Assembly: GCA_947054455.1 (NCBI GenBank)
Contig: CAMRWN010000004.1
Coordinates: forward strand, 11,867-75,866
Reading direction: 5' to 3'
Length of the DNA stretch: 64,000 nt
Source of the DNA: an uncultured Alphaproteobacteria bacterium
GTDB taxonomy: Bacteria > Pseudomonadota > Alphaproteobacteria > Rs-D84
Position 1 is the stretch's first letter. Each line of letters starts with the position of its first letter. The notes below the pieces were generated by a model. The model worked only from the letters and a program-made list of their open reading frames with translations. It was not told where the DNA came from and did not search any database. This document shows, in pieces, positions 8,936 to 17,843 of this stretch. A program made the translations under genes and the position numbers.

Positions 8936-10459
8936 CTATGCCAGTTTTTGTTTTAATATTTCGTTAACCGCCGCAGGGTTTGCCTTGCCGCCGGTTGCCT
9001 TCATCACATTGCCGACAAAGAAGCCGAGCAGGCCTGTTTTACCGCTGCGGTACTGTTCGACCTGGGCCGGATTTTTTGCGATGACATCGTCAACGGCCGA
9101 TTCGATTGCGGATGTGTCCGTAATCTGTTCCATGCCGAATTTTTTTGCGATGTCGCGCGGGGTGCCGTTTTCACCGTCCAGCATCTTTATAAATATTTCC
9201 TTGGCCTGTTTGCCGTTGATTGATTTTTCCGAAATCATATCGACCAGTTCCGCCAAATCCGACGGTCTGATAATACGCGGCATGCCAGGCTCAGCTGTAT
9301 CCACAGCGTTTTTTACATCCCAGTTTTCGCCGTGCGCAAACAGTTCGGATATCATCCAGTTTGCGACAGCCTTGGCGCGTTCTTTTTTGCCGCCGACCGC
9401 CGCGTCGAACCATTTGGATATATCTGTGCTTTCCGTCAGGCGCGCGGCGTCATATTCGGCCAGTCCGAATTCGCCGATATAACGTGCGCGCGTTGCGGCG
9501 GGCAGTTCCGGCATCGTGCGGCGTATGCGTTCGATTGTTTCTTCGTCTACGACCAGTTCCAGCAAATCCGGATCCGGGAAATAGCGGTAGTCCAGGGCGT
9601 CCTCTTTGCTGCGCATGACGGATGTAGTGCCGTCGGCCTGGTTATAGCGCATGGTGTCTTGGGAAACGGTGCCGCCGTTTTCATAGATTTCAATCTGACG
9701 GCGCGCCTCGTATTCAATGGCGCTCTTGATAAATTTGAACGAGACCATGTTTTTTGTCTCTGTGCGGGTGCGGAATTTTGTGTCCCCCACCGGACGCACG
9801 GATACGTTTACGTCCGCGCGCATGGAACCTTCTTCCATGTTCGCCTTGGACACGCCCAGGGCGCGCGCAATCTCGCGGATTTCGCGCAGGTATCTTTCCG
9901 CTTCGTCCGGGGACGAGATGTATGAATTGTTTTCCGGGTTTTTAACATCCAGAAACGATACTATTTCCAACAGCGCCACGCCCGTGCGGTTATAGTCCGC
10001 AAACGATTTTGTCGGATGCATGTCGTGTTTCAGTTTTCCCGCGTCCTGTTCCAGGTGGGCGCGTTCAATCAATATCTTTTTAGGCTTGCCGTCGTCGCCC
10101 ATGATTTCAACGAATCCGCGTCCGACAATCGGCGGCTGGTCCGCGGGCTGGGTTATCTGGTATCCCTGGGGCAGGTCGGGATAGAAATACTGTTTACGTG
10201 CAAAACGGCTGCGGCGTGTGATGGCCGCGTTTATCCCCAGACCGAATTTAATTGCCTGTTCGATGCAGTATTCGTTCAGCACCGGCAGCATTCCCGGCAT
10301 GGCGGCGTCCACCATTGACACCTGGGTGTTCGGGGCGACGGTCGGATTGTAATCGGCGGATGCACCGCTGAACAATTTGGAATTGGACAGAACCTCTATA
10401 TGCGTTTCCAATCCAATAACCAATTCCCAATCACATGTTTTGCCTTTTATTGTAAACAT
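8936..10459 (-). CDS. gatB: Asp/Glu-tRNA amidotransferase subunit B
   Basis: WELVIGLETHIEV, DYNRTGVALLEIVS and a C-terminal GatB/YqeY domain. Confidence 0.95.
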   Translation of the reverse strand: MFTIKGKTCDWELVIGLETHIEVLSNSKLFSGASADYNPTVAPNTQVSMVDAAMPGMLPVLNEYCIEQAIKFGLGINAAITRRSRFARKQYFYPDLPQGYQITQPADQPPIVGRGFVEIMGDDGKPKKILIERAHLEQDAGKLKHDMHPTKSFADYNRTGVALLEIVSFLDVKNPENNSYISSPDEAERYLREIREIARALGVSKANMEEGSMRADVNVSVRPVGDTKFRTRTETKNMVSFKFIKSAIEYEARRQIEIYENGGTVSQDTMRYNQADGTTSVMRSKEDALDYRYFPDPDLLELVVDEETIERIRRTMPELPAATRARYIGEFGLAEYDAARLTESTDISKWFDAAVGGKKERAKAVANWMISELFAHGENWDVKNAVDTAEPGMPRIIRPSDLAELVDMISEKSINGKQAKEIFIKMLDGENGTPRDIAKKFGMEQITDTSAIESAVDDVIAKNPAQVEQYRSGKTGLLGFFVGNVMKATGGKANPAAVNEILKQKLA

Positions 10460-10514
10460 TTTTTCTTTTTCCTTGATTTTTTTCTTTTGGTGTCTTATTA
10501 TGCGTCTCGCAGTT

Positions 10515-10590
10515 GGCTAGGTAGCTCAGTTGGTAGAGCAAGGGACTGAAAATCCCTGTGTCAGCGGTTCGATTCCGTTCCTAGCCACCA
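10515..10590 (+). tRNA. tRNA-Phe (anticodon GAA), CCA encoded
   Basis: GGCTAGG acceptor, AGGGA-CTGAAAA-TCCCT anticodon arm, TTCGATT T loop, then CCA. Confidence 0.9.
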
Positions 10591-10622
10591 CTTTTTTTTA
10601 TGTCGGCCGTGTGCCGCATTTT

Positions 10623-12083
10623 TTATTTCCCCATGACTGTGGTCGGACGGTTGTCCAGCGCTGCGAATGTTTCAATATGACGTGCCAGCTGCAGAACCCG
10701 CATGTCGGCAAAGCGCGGTCCGACAACCTGAATCCCCAGCGGCAGGCCGTTTTGTGCCAGTCCGGCCGGAACGCTGCATGCCGGGACGCCAGCCAGGTTC
10801 ATCGCAACCGTGAACATGTCCAGTGCGTAGTATTCCAGCGGCGACAAATCAGAATCCAGCGGCAGCGCGGTTCCGGCGCTGGACGGGCAGACAATCAGGT
10901 CGCATTTTTCAAACGCCGCGGCAAAGCTGTCGGCAATCATGCGGCGAACGCGGGCGGCCTGCATGAAATATACGTCATAGGATTCGCTGCTTAGCACCGC
11001 GGTGCCGATTATCATGCGGCGTTTTACTTCGTCGCCGAAACCGGCGGCGCGTGTCTTCTTGTACGTGTCCAACAAATCCGCGCCATCCACGCGCAGTCCG
11101 TATTTCATTCCGTCATAGCGCGCCAGGTTGGATGATGCCTCGGCCGGGGCGATGATGTAATACGCGGCCAGTGCGTCCAGAATGTTTGGTATAGATACTT
11201 CTACTATTTCAGCGCCGGCGGATTTCAAATCGGCCACGCGTGCGTCGAACAGCGCCTTCATGTCAGGCGAAACCTGGACGTCCGCGAATTCGCGTATGAC
11301 GCCCACGCGCAGTTTTTTGCATTCGATTTCGGGCAGGGCGCCGGACAGCGTGAATTCTGATTTTGCACTGGTAGAATCCTTGGGGTCGTGTCCCGCCATC
11401 GCCGCCAGCAGGGCCGCAGCGTCGTCAACGGTGCGCGCAACCGGCCCCGGCGTGTCGAGCGAAGATGCAAACGCCACGCACCCCCAGCGGGAACACAGGC
11501 CATATGTCGGCTTCATCCCGACCAGCCCCGTTATCGCCGCCGGAAAACGGATTGAACCGCCCGTGTCCGTACCCGTGCCGCCCATGGCCAGACCGGCCGC
11601 AACCGCCGACGTCGCGCCGCCGGACGAACCGCCGGCTGTAAGTCTGCGCTGCAACTGCCACGGATTTACGGGCGCGCCAAAGAAACTTGTCTTGCTGAAC
11701 GTACCCATCGCGAATTCGTCCAGGTTTGTCTTGCCCAGCAGCACCGTGCCGCTGTCGATAAATTTTTGGGATATGGTGGATTCATATTCCGGTATGAAAT
11801 TTTCCAGCATTTTCGACGCTGCCGTCGTGCGTATGCCGCGCGTGGCGAACAAATCCTTCATTCCGATTGGAATACCGTCCAGGGGCAGTGCGCAGGCGTC
11901 AGCATAGCGCGCGTCCGCCGCCGCGGCATCCGCCAATGCGCGTTCGGGCGTGATTGTGATATAGCAGTTCAATTCCGCGCCGTATTTTTCAATGCGTTCC
12001 AGATGCGCACGTGTCAGTTCGGTCGCGCTGATTTCGCGCGATTTCAGTTTTTGCAGTGCTTGCGTAATCGTCAGGTCAATCAT
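10623..12083 (-). CDS. gatA: Glutamyl-tRNA(Gln) amidotransferase subunit A
   Basis: Amidase signature (GGSSGGATSAVAAG). I place the start at MIDLTITQALQKL (12083), 20 nt after the gatC stop. The longer ORF up to 12296 overlaps gatC and is Arg-rich noise. Confidence 0.95.
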   Translation of the reverse strand: MIDLTITQALQKLKSREISATELTRAHLERIEKYGAELNCYITITPERALADAAAADARYADACALPLDGIPIGMKDLFATRGIRTTAASKMLENFIPEYESTISQKFIDSGTVLLGKTNLDEFAMGTFSKTSFFGAPVNPWQLQRRLTAGGSSGGATSAVAAGLAMGGTGTDTGGSIRFPAAITGLVGMKPTYGLCSRWGCVAFASSLDTPGPVARTVDDAAALLAAMAGHDPKDSTSAKSEFTLSGALPEIECKKLRVGVIREFADVQVSPDMKALFDARVADLKSAGAEIVEVSIPNILDALAAYYIIAPAEASSNLARYDGMKYGLRVDGADLLDTYKKTRAAGFGDEVKRRMIIGTAVLSSESYDVYFMQAARVRRMIADSFAAAFEKCDLIVCPSSAGTALPLDSDLSPLEYYALDMFTVAMNLAGVPACSVPAGLAQNGLPLGIQVVGPRFADMRVLQLARHIETFAALDNRPTTVMGK

Positions 12084-12103
12084 GTTTTGTCTGTCCTTCG
12101 TTT

Positions 12104-12397
12104 TTATTCGTCCATGACTTTGGGTACCGCAAAATAGCCACGGCTTACGCCCGCCGTGTCCGGGGCGTTTGCCAAAACGGCGTCGCGAATGCCGCCGTCG
12201 GAAACCACGTCCGCGCGCCGCGGCAATTGATGCTGCGACGGGTTCAGCATTGGTTCTATGCCTGATGTGTCGATTTTCTGCAGTTTGTCGAGCCACCCCA
12301 CAACGGAATCGATGTTCATTTGTTCCAATTTTTCGTCGGGAATTTCAATTCTGATAAGGTCCGCAAATTTTTGCAATTGCTGCTTGCTAAACGCCAT
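12104..12397 (-). CDS. gatC: Asp/Glu-tRNA amidotransferase subunit C
   Basis: 97 aa, with typical GatC features (KFADLIRIEIPDEKLE...VDSVVGWLDKL). It lies directly upstream of gatA. Confidence 0.9.
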   Translation of the reverse strand: MAFSKQQLQKFADLIRIEIPDEKLEQMNIDSVVGWLDKLQKIDTSGIEPMLNPSQHQLPRRADVVSDGGIRDAVLANAPDTAGVSRGYFAVPKVMDE

Positions 12398-12434
12398 TTC
12401 AAATCCTATTATTAAATGCGAAGGAAATTATACA

Positions 12435-12884
12435 ATGATTTTGCCGGATTTCAAGGATTTTCCGCGCGTCGGGCGCATACTGGGGGTTGACTGGGGCGCA
12501 CGTCGCACGGGTATTGCGGTTTCGGATGCGTCGCAGGAATTCGTGTTCACGCGCCCGCCAATTGTCGCGGGGCGGGGCGGGACGCCAATGGCGCGCCTGA
12601 TTGCCGATGCGGCGGCGGCGGAAAATGTCGCCGGGATTATAATCGGCCTGCCGCTGCGGGTGGATGGAACGGAATCGGAAACGACCGATGCTGTGCGTGC
12701 ATGCGCGCGTGATGTGGTGGCGTACACCGGTCTGCCGGTTTGCTTTGTCGATGAAAGCCTGAGCAGTTTTTCCGCGGCGGCCGATGCCAAACTGCACACC
12801 CGTGCGGCGGCGCGCGAAAAACTGGATTCAGAGGCCGCGCGTGTCATTCTGGAAAACGGGCTGGCGATTATGCGCCGCGGCTAA
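12435..12884 (+). CDS. ruvX: Holliday-junction resolvase-like / pre-16S rRNA nuclease YqgF
   Basis: ILGVDWGARRTGIAVSD motif. The ATG at 12435 is chosen instead of the longer ORF. Confidence 0.85.
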   Translation: MILPDFKDFPRVGRILGVDWGARRTGIAVSDASQEFVFTRPPIVAGRGGTPMARLIADAAAAENVAGIIIGLPLRVDGTESETTDAVRACARDVVAYTGLPVCFVDESLSSFSAAADAKLHTRAAAREKLDSEAARVILENGLAIMRRG

Positions 12885-12916
12885 GACAGGCCGGATTTCA
12901 TGCATATAGCGCGTTT

Positions 12917-13960
12917 TTAGTCTTCATTTTTCGCAGGGATTTTTCCGTCCGCGGACAACAGCACCGCAATCCAGCGCGTGGAATCAAACTGGGCCGTGAT
13001 GATGAATGTCGCCACCAGCAGCGGCACGCTGAAGAACATTCCGGCGATGCCCCAAACCATTCCCCAGAAAACCAGGTTTATCAGTATCGCCAGCGTCGAA
13101 AGATTAAGGGTCTTGCCGGTCAGCTTTGGTTCCAGGATGTTGCCGAACAGTATCTGCAGCCCGATAAGCCCCGCCGCCGTCAGCAGTGGCGTCTGAAGTC
13201 CGGACGACGTCGCCAGCGCGTATACTATCGGCAACGAGCATGCGACAATCGCGCCGATGGTTGGTATATAGCTGGTGATGAACACTATGAACGCCCACAC
13301 GCCTGCAAAGGGCAGGTCGATAATCTGCAGCCATGCGTATGAAAACACGCCCGTGATTGCAGAGACCAGCGTCTTCATAAACAGATATTTTTTCATGTTT
13401 TCGTCGATGCTGCCCAGTATGTAGCGCATTTTTTTCGACTGTCGCTTGTTGGGAAACAGCGAGTGGAATTTACGGTTGAACGTACTTTGCTCTATAAACA
13501 TGAACAGCATGTAAACCAGTATCATTCCCGCAGTGGACGCGATGCCGGCCGCGGACGTGCCGACGTTGGTGGCGAACTTGGTTATGTTGGGGACCATCGA
13601 CGCGTCAAACCGCAGGCCGATTGATGCGGACATATAGTCGCCCAGTTCAACCAGTTTATGCTGTATTTCCGGCAGTGCGCCCAGCAGTTCGGAAAACATG
13701 GGCCGGACCTGGGTCGCGAACATGTAAATCAGGGCGCATATTGTCCCCAGCGCCAGCAGGCTGGATAACCAGTCGAATGCGCGCGCGCGTTTTTCGTCGC
13801 GCGGTTCGGCGGGATGGCGGTACGGCATGACCTTGCGGTAATACGACGCGATTGCGTTTATCAGATACCAGAAAAACGTCGCCACCAGCAGCGGTATCAG
13901 TATCGTGCGACCCAGCCACAAAAATGTAATCAGCAGCAGAAAAAATATCATTCCATGCAT
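12917..13960 (-). CDS. AI-2E family (PerM/YhhT-like) membrane transporter
   Basis: 347-aa polytopic protein with the typical C-terminal pattern (GLIGLQILFGNILEPKLTGKTLNLS...GMFFSVPL). Confidence 0.8.
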   Translation of the reverse strand: MHGMIFFLLLITFLWLGRTILIPLLVATFFWYLINAIASYYRKVMPYRHPAEPRDEKRARAFDWLSSLLALGTICALIYMFATQVRPMFSELLGALPEIQHKLVELGDYMSASIGLRFDASMVPNITKFATNVGTSAAGIASTAGMILVYMLFMFIEQSTFNRKFHSLFPNKRQSKKMRYILGSIDENMKKYLFMKTLVSAITGVFSYAWLQIIDLPFAGVWAFIVFITSYIPTIGAIVACSLPIVYALATSSGLQTPLLTAAGLIGLQILFGNILEPKLTGKTLNLSTLAILINLVFWGMVWGIAGMFFSVPLLVATFIITAQFDSTRWIAVLLSADGKIPAKNED

Positions 13961-13978
13961 GGTGGTACGTCCCCTTGG

Positions 13979-14941
13979 TTATTCGTTGGCCCCGTCGTGC
14001 GGCATTGGAATTTCAAACGCTGTTTCGGTAAATTCAAATTGTGCGGTATCGTATGGCGCCGCCGCGGGACGCGCCATGAATATCATAACGGCCGTCGCCG
14101 CCACCAGCGCGATGTTCACCGCGACCGCGGTTGTTGCGAACGCGCCGCCGATGTTTTTGGCCGTATTGCGCGGACCGATGCAAATGTGCCAGCCGGCGAA
14201 TACAAAAAACGGAATCGCAATCAGAATCGCGGGCGCCGCGCCGTGGAATACGGCGGTCAGCAAAATTATCGCGGCCATTGCGGCCCATGCGGCGGATGCG
14301 TTTTGCGTTATGCGTCCCGTCATCGCCGCATACCATGCCGGGCGTATTTCCACGGCCGGATTTTTTGCGTCTTTGTCCGCCAGGATGTATCCCGCCGGCA
14401 GCAGCATCGAAAACGGCATGGACAGCAGGGCCTTCCACTGTGGCACGTTCATTTGACGCGCGCGGGCGTACCCGGCGCACAGCATTGAAATCACGGCGCC
14501 GATTGCCCATGCGGATGCAAACGCCAAAATCAAAAGCGCCACCAGTGCGCCCGCCGCCGCGGACGTGGACAGGACGCCTGTGTTTATCATCTGCAGCACC
14601 GGCATCACAAAAACGCCCAGCATTATTGTTTGCGTCGCCCCCAGCGCCAGGTATACCAGAACCGCGCCGTTTGTTATCGCGACAAAACTGCGTCTGTCCA
14701 TTGGCGTGCGCGGCATCCGCGCAATCATCCGGTATGCGCACCATATTCCGATGCCGGCCATTACAACCGGCCATATTGACAGACTGTCCACGCCGGCGCC
14801 GCGGCCGCCGGAAACCACCGCGTACAGTGCGCCCGCCAGGAACGCCGCCCCCATCAGCGTCAGTGCAAATATTATAGGCCGCCGTGCCAGCCATGTGGAC
14901 AGGCGCGTGCTGGTTTGTTTTTTTATTTCTGTTTTTCTCAT
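13979..14941 (-). CDS. Polytopic membrane protein of unknown function
   Basis: I place the start at MRKTEIKK (14941), after the sufC stop. It has about 8 hydrophobic segments and no motif I recognise. Confidence 0.55.
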   Translation of the reverse strand: MRKTEIKKQTSTRLSTWLARRPIIFALTLMGAAFLAGALYAVVSGGRGAGVDSLSIWPVVMAGIGIWCAYRMIARMPRTPMDRRSFVAITNGAVLVYLALGATQTIMLGVFVMPVLQMINTGVLSTSAAAGALVALLILAFASAWAIGAVISMLCAGYARARQMNVPQWKALLSMPFSMLLPAGYILADKDAKNPAVEIRPAWYAAMTGRITQNASAAWAAMAAIILLTAVFHGAAPAILIAIPFFVFAGWHICIGPRNTAKNIGGAFATTAVAVNIALVAATAVMIFMARPAAAPYDTAQFEFTETAFEIPMPHDGANE

Positions 14942-14966
14942 TGGAAATCCTTGGGTTGTGTTCGGT

Positions 14967-15644
14967 TTATTTTTCCATGATGCGTCCGTGGGACAAAGTG
15001 GTTGTATCCGTTGGTTCGACCATGGATGTGAATTTTTGCTGATGGCTGATGAAAAGGAATGTCGTATCACGCATATCAGCGATTGTGTCCGCAATCAGTT
15101 TTTGCGTTTCTGCGTCCGCGCCGGAATCCGGTTCGTCCAAAATGGCAAGACGCGGCGCCGTCATCCACAGCCGCAGCAGCATCAGACGCTTGCGCTCGCC
15201 CCCGGAAAAGCCGACGTTGACGCCGCGGTTCAACCAGTCCTTTGGTATTGCCAAACGCTGGCGCGCGTCTTCAAGGCGCATCAGAAAATCCCCCATGGAT
15301 AATTCCCGCCCCGTTTGAAAATGCGTGTGCGCGGCCAGTGAATGCTTCAGAAAACTAAGCACCGTCAGCCCCGGGATTTCGGGTACGTTCTGCGCGCCCA
15401 GAAAAATCCCCATCAGCGCGCGCGTGGTTGTGTTTTCATCCGTTATGTCGCGGCCGTCGAATATTATTTTGCCCGCGTCAATGTGGTATTCAGGCGCGCC
15501 AGCAATTGCGGCGGCCAGTGTGGACTTGCCCGATCCGTTGTGTCCCCCCAGCAGGTGGCGCGCCCCGTCGGCAACGTCCATGCTGATGTCTGTTAGCAAT
15601 GTTTTCCCGTCCATTGATACGGACAGATTTTTTATCTGCAACAT
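14967..15644 (-). CDS. sufC: Fe-S cluster assembly ATPase SufC
   Basis: ABC ATPase with Walker A GHNGSGKST, signature FSGGERKR and Walker B LAILDEPDSG. SufC-like length. Confidence 0.9.
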   Translation of the reverse strand: MLQIKNLSVSMDGKTLLTDISMDVADGARHLLGGHNGSGKSTLAAAIAGAPEYHIDAGKIIFDGRDITDENTTTRALMGIFLGAQNVPEIPGLTVLSFLKHSLAAHTHFQTGRELSMGDFLMRLEDARQRLAIPKDWLNRGVNVGFSGGERKRLMLLRLWMTAPRLAILDEPDSGADAETQKLIADTIADMRDTTFLFISHQQKFTSMVEPTDTTTLSHGRIMEK

Positions 15645-15668
15645 GTCAAATTCCGTTTTTTCAACGAC

Positions 15669-15697
15669 ATTATATCATAATTTGCACATCACAACAA
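15669..15697 (-). promoter_or_regulatory. Candidate sigma70 promoter for sufC
   Basis: The minus strand reads TTGTTG-N17-TATAAT with a TG extension (TGATATAAT), about 25 nt upstream of the sufC ATG. Confidence 0.4.
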
Positions 15698-15726
15698 GCC
15701 GAAGGCTTTGATATGCGTAATAAGCG

Positions 15727-15755
15727 TTGACTTGCGCTGGGAAAAAATTTACTAT
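15727..15755 (+). promoter_or_regulatory. Candidate sigma70 promoter upstream of the palindrome cassette and Cys-rich gene
   Basis: TTGACT-N17-TACTAT, about 20 nt upstream of the palindrome at 15775. Confidence 0.45.
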
Positions 15756-15774
15756 TTCACATAGAAATGCATGC

Positions 15775-15800
15775 CTAATCCAAACCACCGTTTGGATTAG
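15775..15800. promoter_or_regulatory. Perfect palindromic site CTAATCCAAAC-CACC-GTTTGGATTAG
   Basis: 11-bp perfect inverted arms around a 4-bp core. It belongs to the recurring motif family (see 15861, 21245, 27741, 27840). Confidence 0.85.
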
Positions 15801-15860
15801 TTTTTATTTGGCGCAAAAAATTCCTGAAAATTCGCATAATTTTTCTGTCCCCACTTGCCG

Positions 15861-15877
15861 AATCCAAACGGTGGTTT
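15861..15877. promoter_or_regulatory. Partly decayed partner site AATCCAAAC-GGTG-GTTT
   Basis: The left arm is intact and the right arm is truncated. The core GGTG is the reverse complement of the CACC core at 15786-15789. It lies 31 nt upstream of the ATG at 15909. Confidence 0.6.
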
Positions 15878-15908
15878 AAAAGCGTGTGTGGATTTTTTTT
15901 GGGGGAAT

Positions 15909-16511
15909 ATGCAAAAATTAATTGCGATGTCGTTCTTTATCTTTTGTGGTGCGATTAGTACAGCTGCCGCAGTGTCTGGGGATTATTGCCTGCTGGACTA
16001 TAACGGCGGCGACGGTCTGTGCTATTGGTGCGCGCCGGGCGGTGATTCCGGTGGATACTGCAGGCCGCCTTATCCCGGTTGTCCGGATAATCCACAGCGT
16101 GTGGTGGCACTTGGGGACGTTATAACTGTAAAGGATGCGTATGGGAATACAACAACACGCAAGTGTCGTTCAGATGGTTTTTGCTTTCCCTCTTGCACTG
16201 GTGAGCGTTGGTTTAATGATGGAAATGGATTTGAAATGCTGCAGCTGGTATCTGGATGTATGTGCGATTATTGGACATCAACATCGAATTATCGATGCGC
16301 AGAAGGGTATTTTGAGAGCATAGACAGTCCTTATCAGAACGGATGCGACAGATGTCCGTCCATGACAAATGTCGCGGGGGATGTTGTATACGGAACCAGT
16401 GTCCCGAGTGAAAATCGTTCGATAACCGATTGCGTAATGAAGGAGGGTGTTGTGTTTTCTGACAACAGCGGCGAGTATACATTTATATCAGGATGCGCGT
16501 ATACGGAATGA
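15909..16511 (+). CDS. Secreted cysteine-rich protein (unknown family)
   Basis: I place the start at MQKLIAMSFFIFCGAISTAAAVSG (signal peptide), with RBS GGGGGA. The mature part has about 20 Cys with CxxGYF and GCDRCP-type spacing. This segment appears lower in GC than the flanks by eye. Confidence 0.7.
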   Translation: MQKLIAMSFFIFCGAISTAAAVSGDYCLLDYNGGDGLCYWCAPGGDSGGYCRPPYPGCPDNPQRVVALGDVITVKDAYGNTTTRKCRSDGFCFPSCTGERWFNDGNGFEMLQLVSGCMCDYWTSTSNYRCAEGYFESIDSPYQNGCDRCPSMTNVAGDVVYGTSVPSENRSITDCVMKEGVVFSDNSGEYTFISGCAYTE

Positions 16512-17837
16512 TTATTTTGCCAGCGCCATTTGAATAAGCTGCTTTGATTCAACCAGAAATTCCATCGGCAGGCGCGATATTATCGGTGCCGCCGCCGCCC
16601 CGATAATCAGGGCCGTCGCTTCGTCTTCGGCGATGCCGGCCCGCATAAGATACAGCAGCTGGCGCGCGTCGATGGCGCCGGTGGTGGCCTCGTGGCTCTG
16701 GCTGTTTTCGGCGTTGGCATGGATTATCGTCGGCAGCGTGTTTGCCGTCGCCATGTCCCCGATTATCCGTGTGTCGCATTTTGATGCGTTTGCGCCGCCG
16801 TGTCCGGCAAAGCTGACCAGACTGCGGAATGTCTGGCGCGACGCGTCCAGTGCAACGCCATAAGAGACGATGTTTGAAACGGTGTCGTTGCCGATGTGAA
16901 TCATTTTTGTTCCGGTGTCCGCCTGCTGGGCGCCGCGCGTTATCGCCAGCGAGTAAAAATCACTGCGCGCGCCGTCGCCCGCTAGAATTGTGGACGGATA
17001 TTTCCATGTCATCGCCGCGCCGATTTCCACCTGGGTCCAGTCTATTTCAGCGCCGGCGTGCGCGCGCCCCCGCTTTGACACGAAATTGATTATTCCGCCG
17101 TGGTTTTGTCCATCGCGATACTCGCCCGCATACCAGTTCTGGACGGTTGCGTATTTCACATGCGCGCGGTCCAGCGCCACGATTTCCACAACGCCGCTGT
17201 GCAGCTGGTGGTTGGGGCGACGCGGGGCGCTGCATCCTTCCATGTATGATAATTCCGCGCCGGCGTCTGCGATAATCAGCGTGCGTTCAAACTGGCCTAT
17301 TTTTGCGGTTTCTATACGAAAATAGCTGGCCAGGTCAATGGGGCATTTGGTGTTTGGTGGCACGTATACGAACGTGCCGTCGGAAAATACGGCGGCGTTT
17401 AGCGCGGCGTAAAAATTATCGGCGGCCGGGACAACCGTGCCCAGGTATTTTTTTACCAGGTCGGGGTGCCGGCGCACCGCATCGGAAAACGGCAGGAATA
17501 TTATCCCCAGCTTTTCCAGTTCGGCGGTGTATGATGTGTGGACGGATTTGCTGTCGATGACGGTGTCTGTCGCCATCCCCAGCAGGGCGCGCTGCTCGCT
17601 CTCGGGCAGGCCCATTTTGTCGTATGTTTCCTTTAGGTCGGAATTGTCTATCTGGGCGGGATGGTTATAGTAGTTCAGCGCGTCATAGTCAATCGGCGCA
17701 TAGTCTATTTCGCCCCAGTGGGGTTCTGACATTTTTTCCCATGCATGCAGCGCGTCCAGACGCCACTGCAGCAGCCATTGCGGTTCGTCGCGCAACGCGG
17801 ATATTTCACGCACAAGATTTTCATTCAGTTGCGTCAT
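16512..17837 (-). CDS. sufB: Fe-S cluster assembly scaffold SufB
   Basis: 441 aa with YMEGCSAP, VQNWY and KMIHIGNDT motifs and a C-terminal SufB/SufD beta-helix pattern. Confidence 0.85.
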   Translation of the reverse strand: MTQLNENLVREISALRDEPQWLLQWRLDALHAWEKMSEPHWGEIDYAPIDYDALNYYNHPAQIDNSDLKETYDKMGLPESEQRALLGMATDTVIDSKSVHTSYTAELEKLGIIFLPFSDAVRRHPDLVKKYLGTVVPAADNFYAALNAAVFSDGTFVYVPPNTKCPIDLASYFRIETAKIGQFERTLIIADAGAELSYMEGCSAPRRPNHQLHSGVVEIVALDRAHVKYATVQNWYAGEYRDGQNHGGIINFVSKRGRAHAGAEIDWTQVEIGAAMTWKYPSTILAGDGARSDFYSLAITRGAQQADTGTKMIHIGNDTVSNIVSYGVALDASRQTFRSLVSFAGHGGANASKCDTRIIGDMATANTLPTIIHANAENSQSHEATTGAIDARQLLYLMRAGIAEDEATALIIGAAAAPIISRLPMEFLVESKQLIQMALAK

Positions 17838-17843
17838 CTGCGG

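Noticed and set aside
12084-12296. An N-terminal 71-aa extension of the gatA ORF that overlaps gatC.
   Set aside because: The extension is Arg-rich and overlaps the gatC coding region. The conserved GatA N-terminus begins at MIDLTITQ (12083), 20 nt after the gatC stop.
15775-15800. Interpreting the AATCCAAAC-N4-GTTTGGATT palindromes as back-to-back DnaA boxes.
   Set aside because: Each arm has two mismatches to TTATCCACA. The strict 4-bp spacing, paired arrangement and association with secreted-protein genes fit a dedicated factor or RNA hairpin better. The idea is kept only as a minor alternative in the dnaA-spacer finding.
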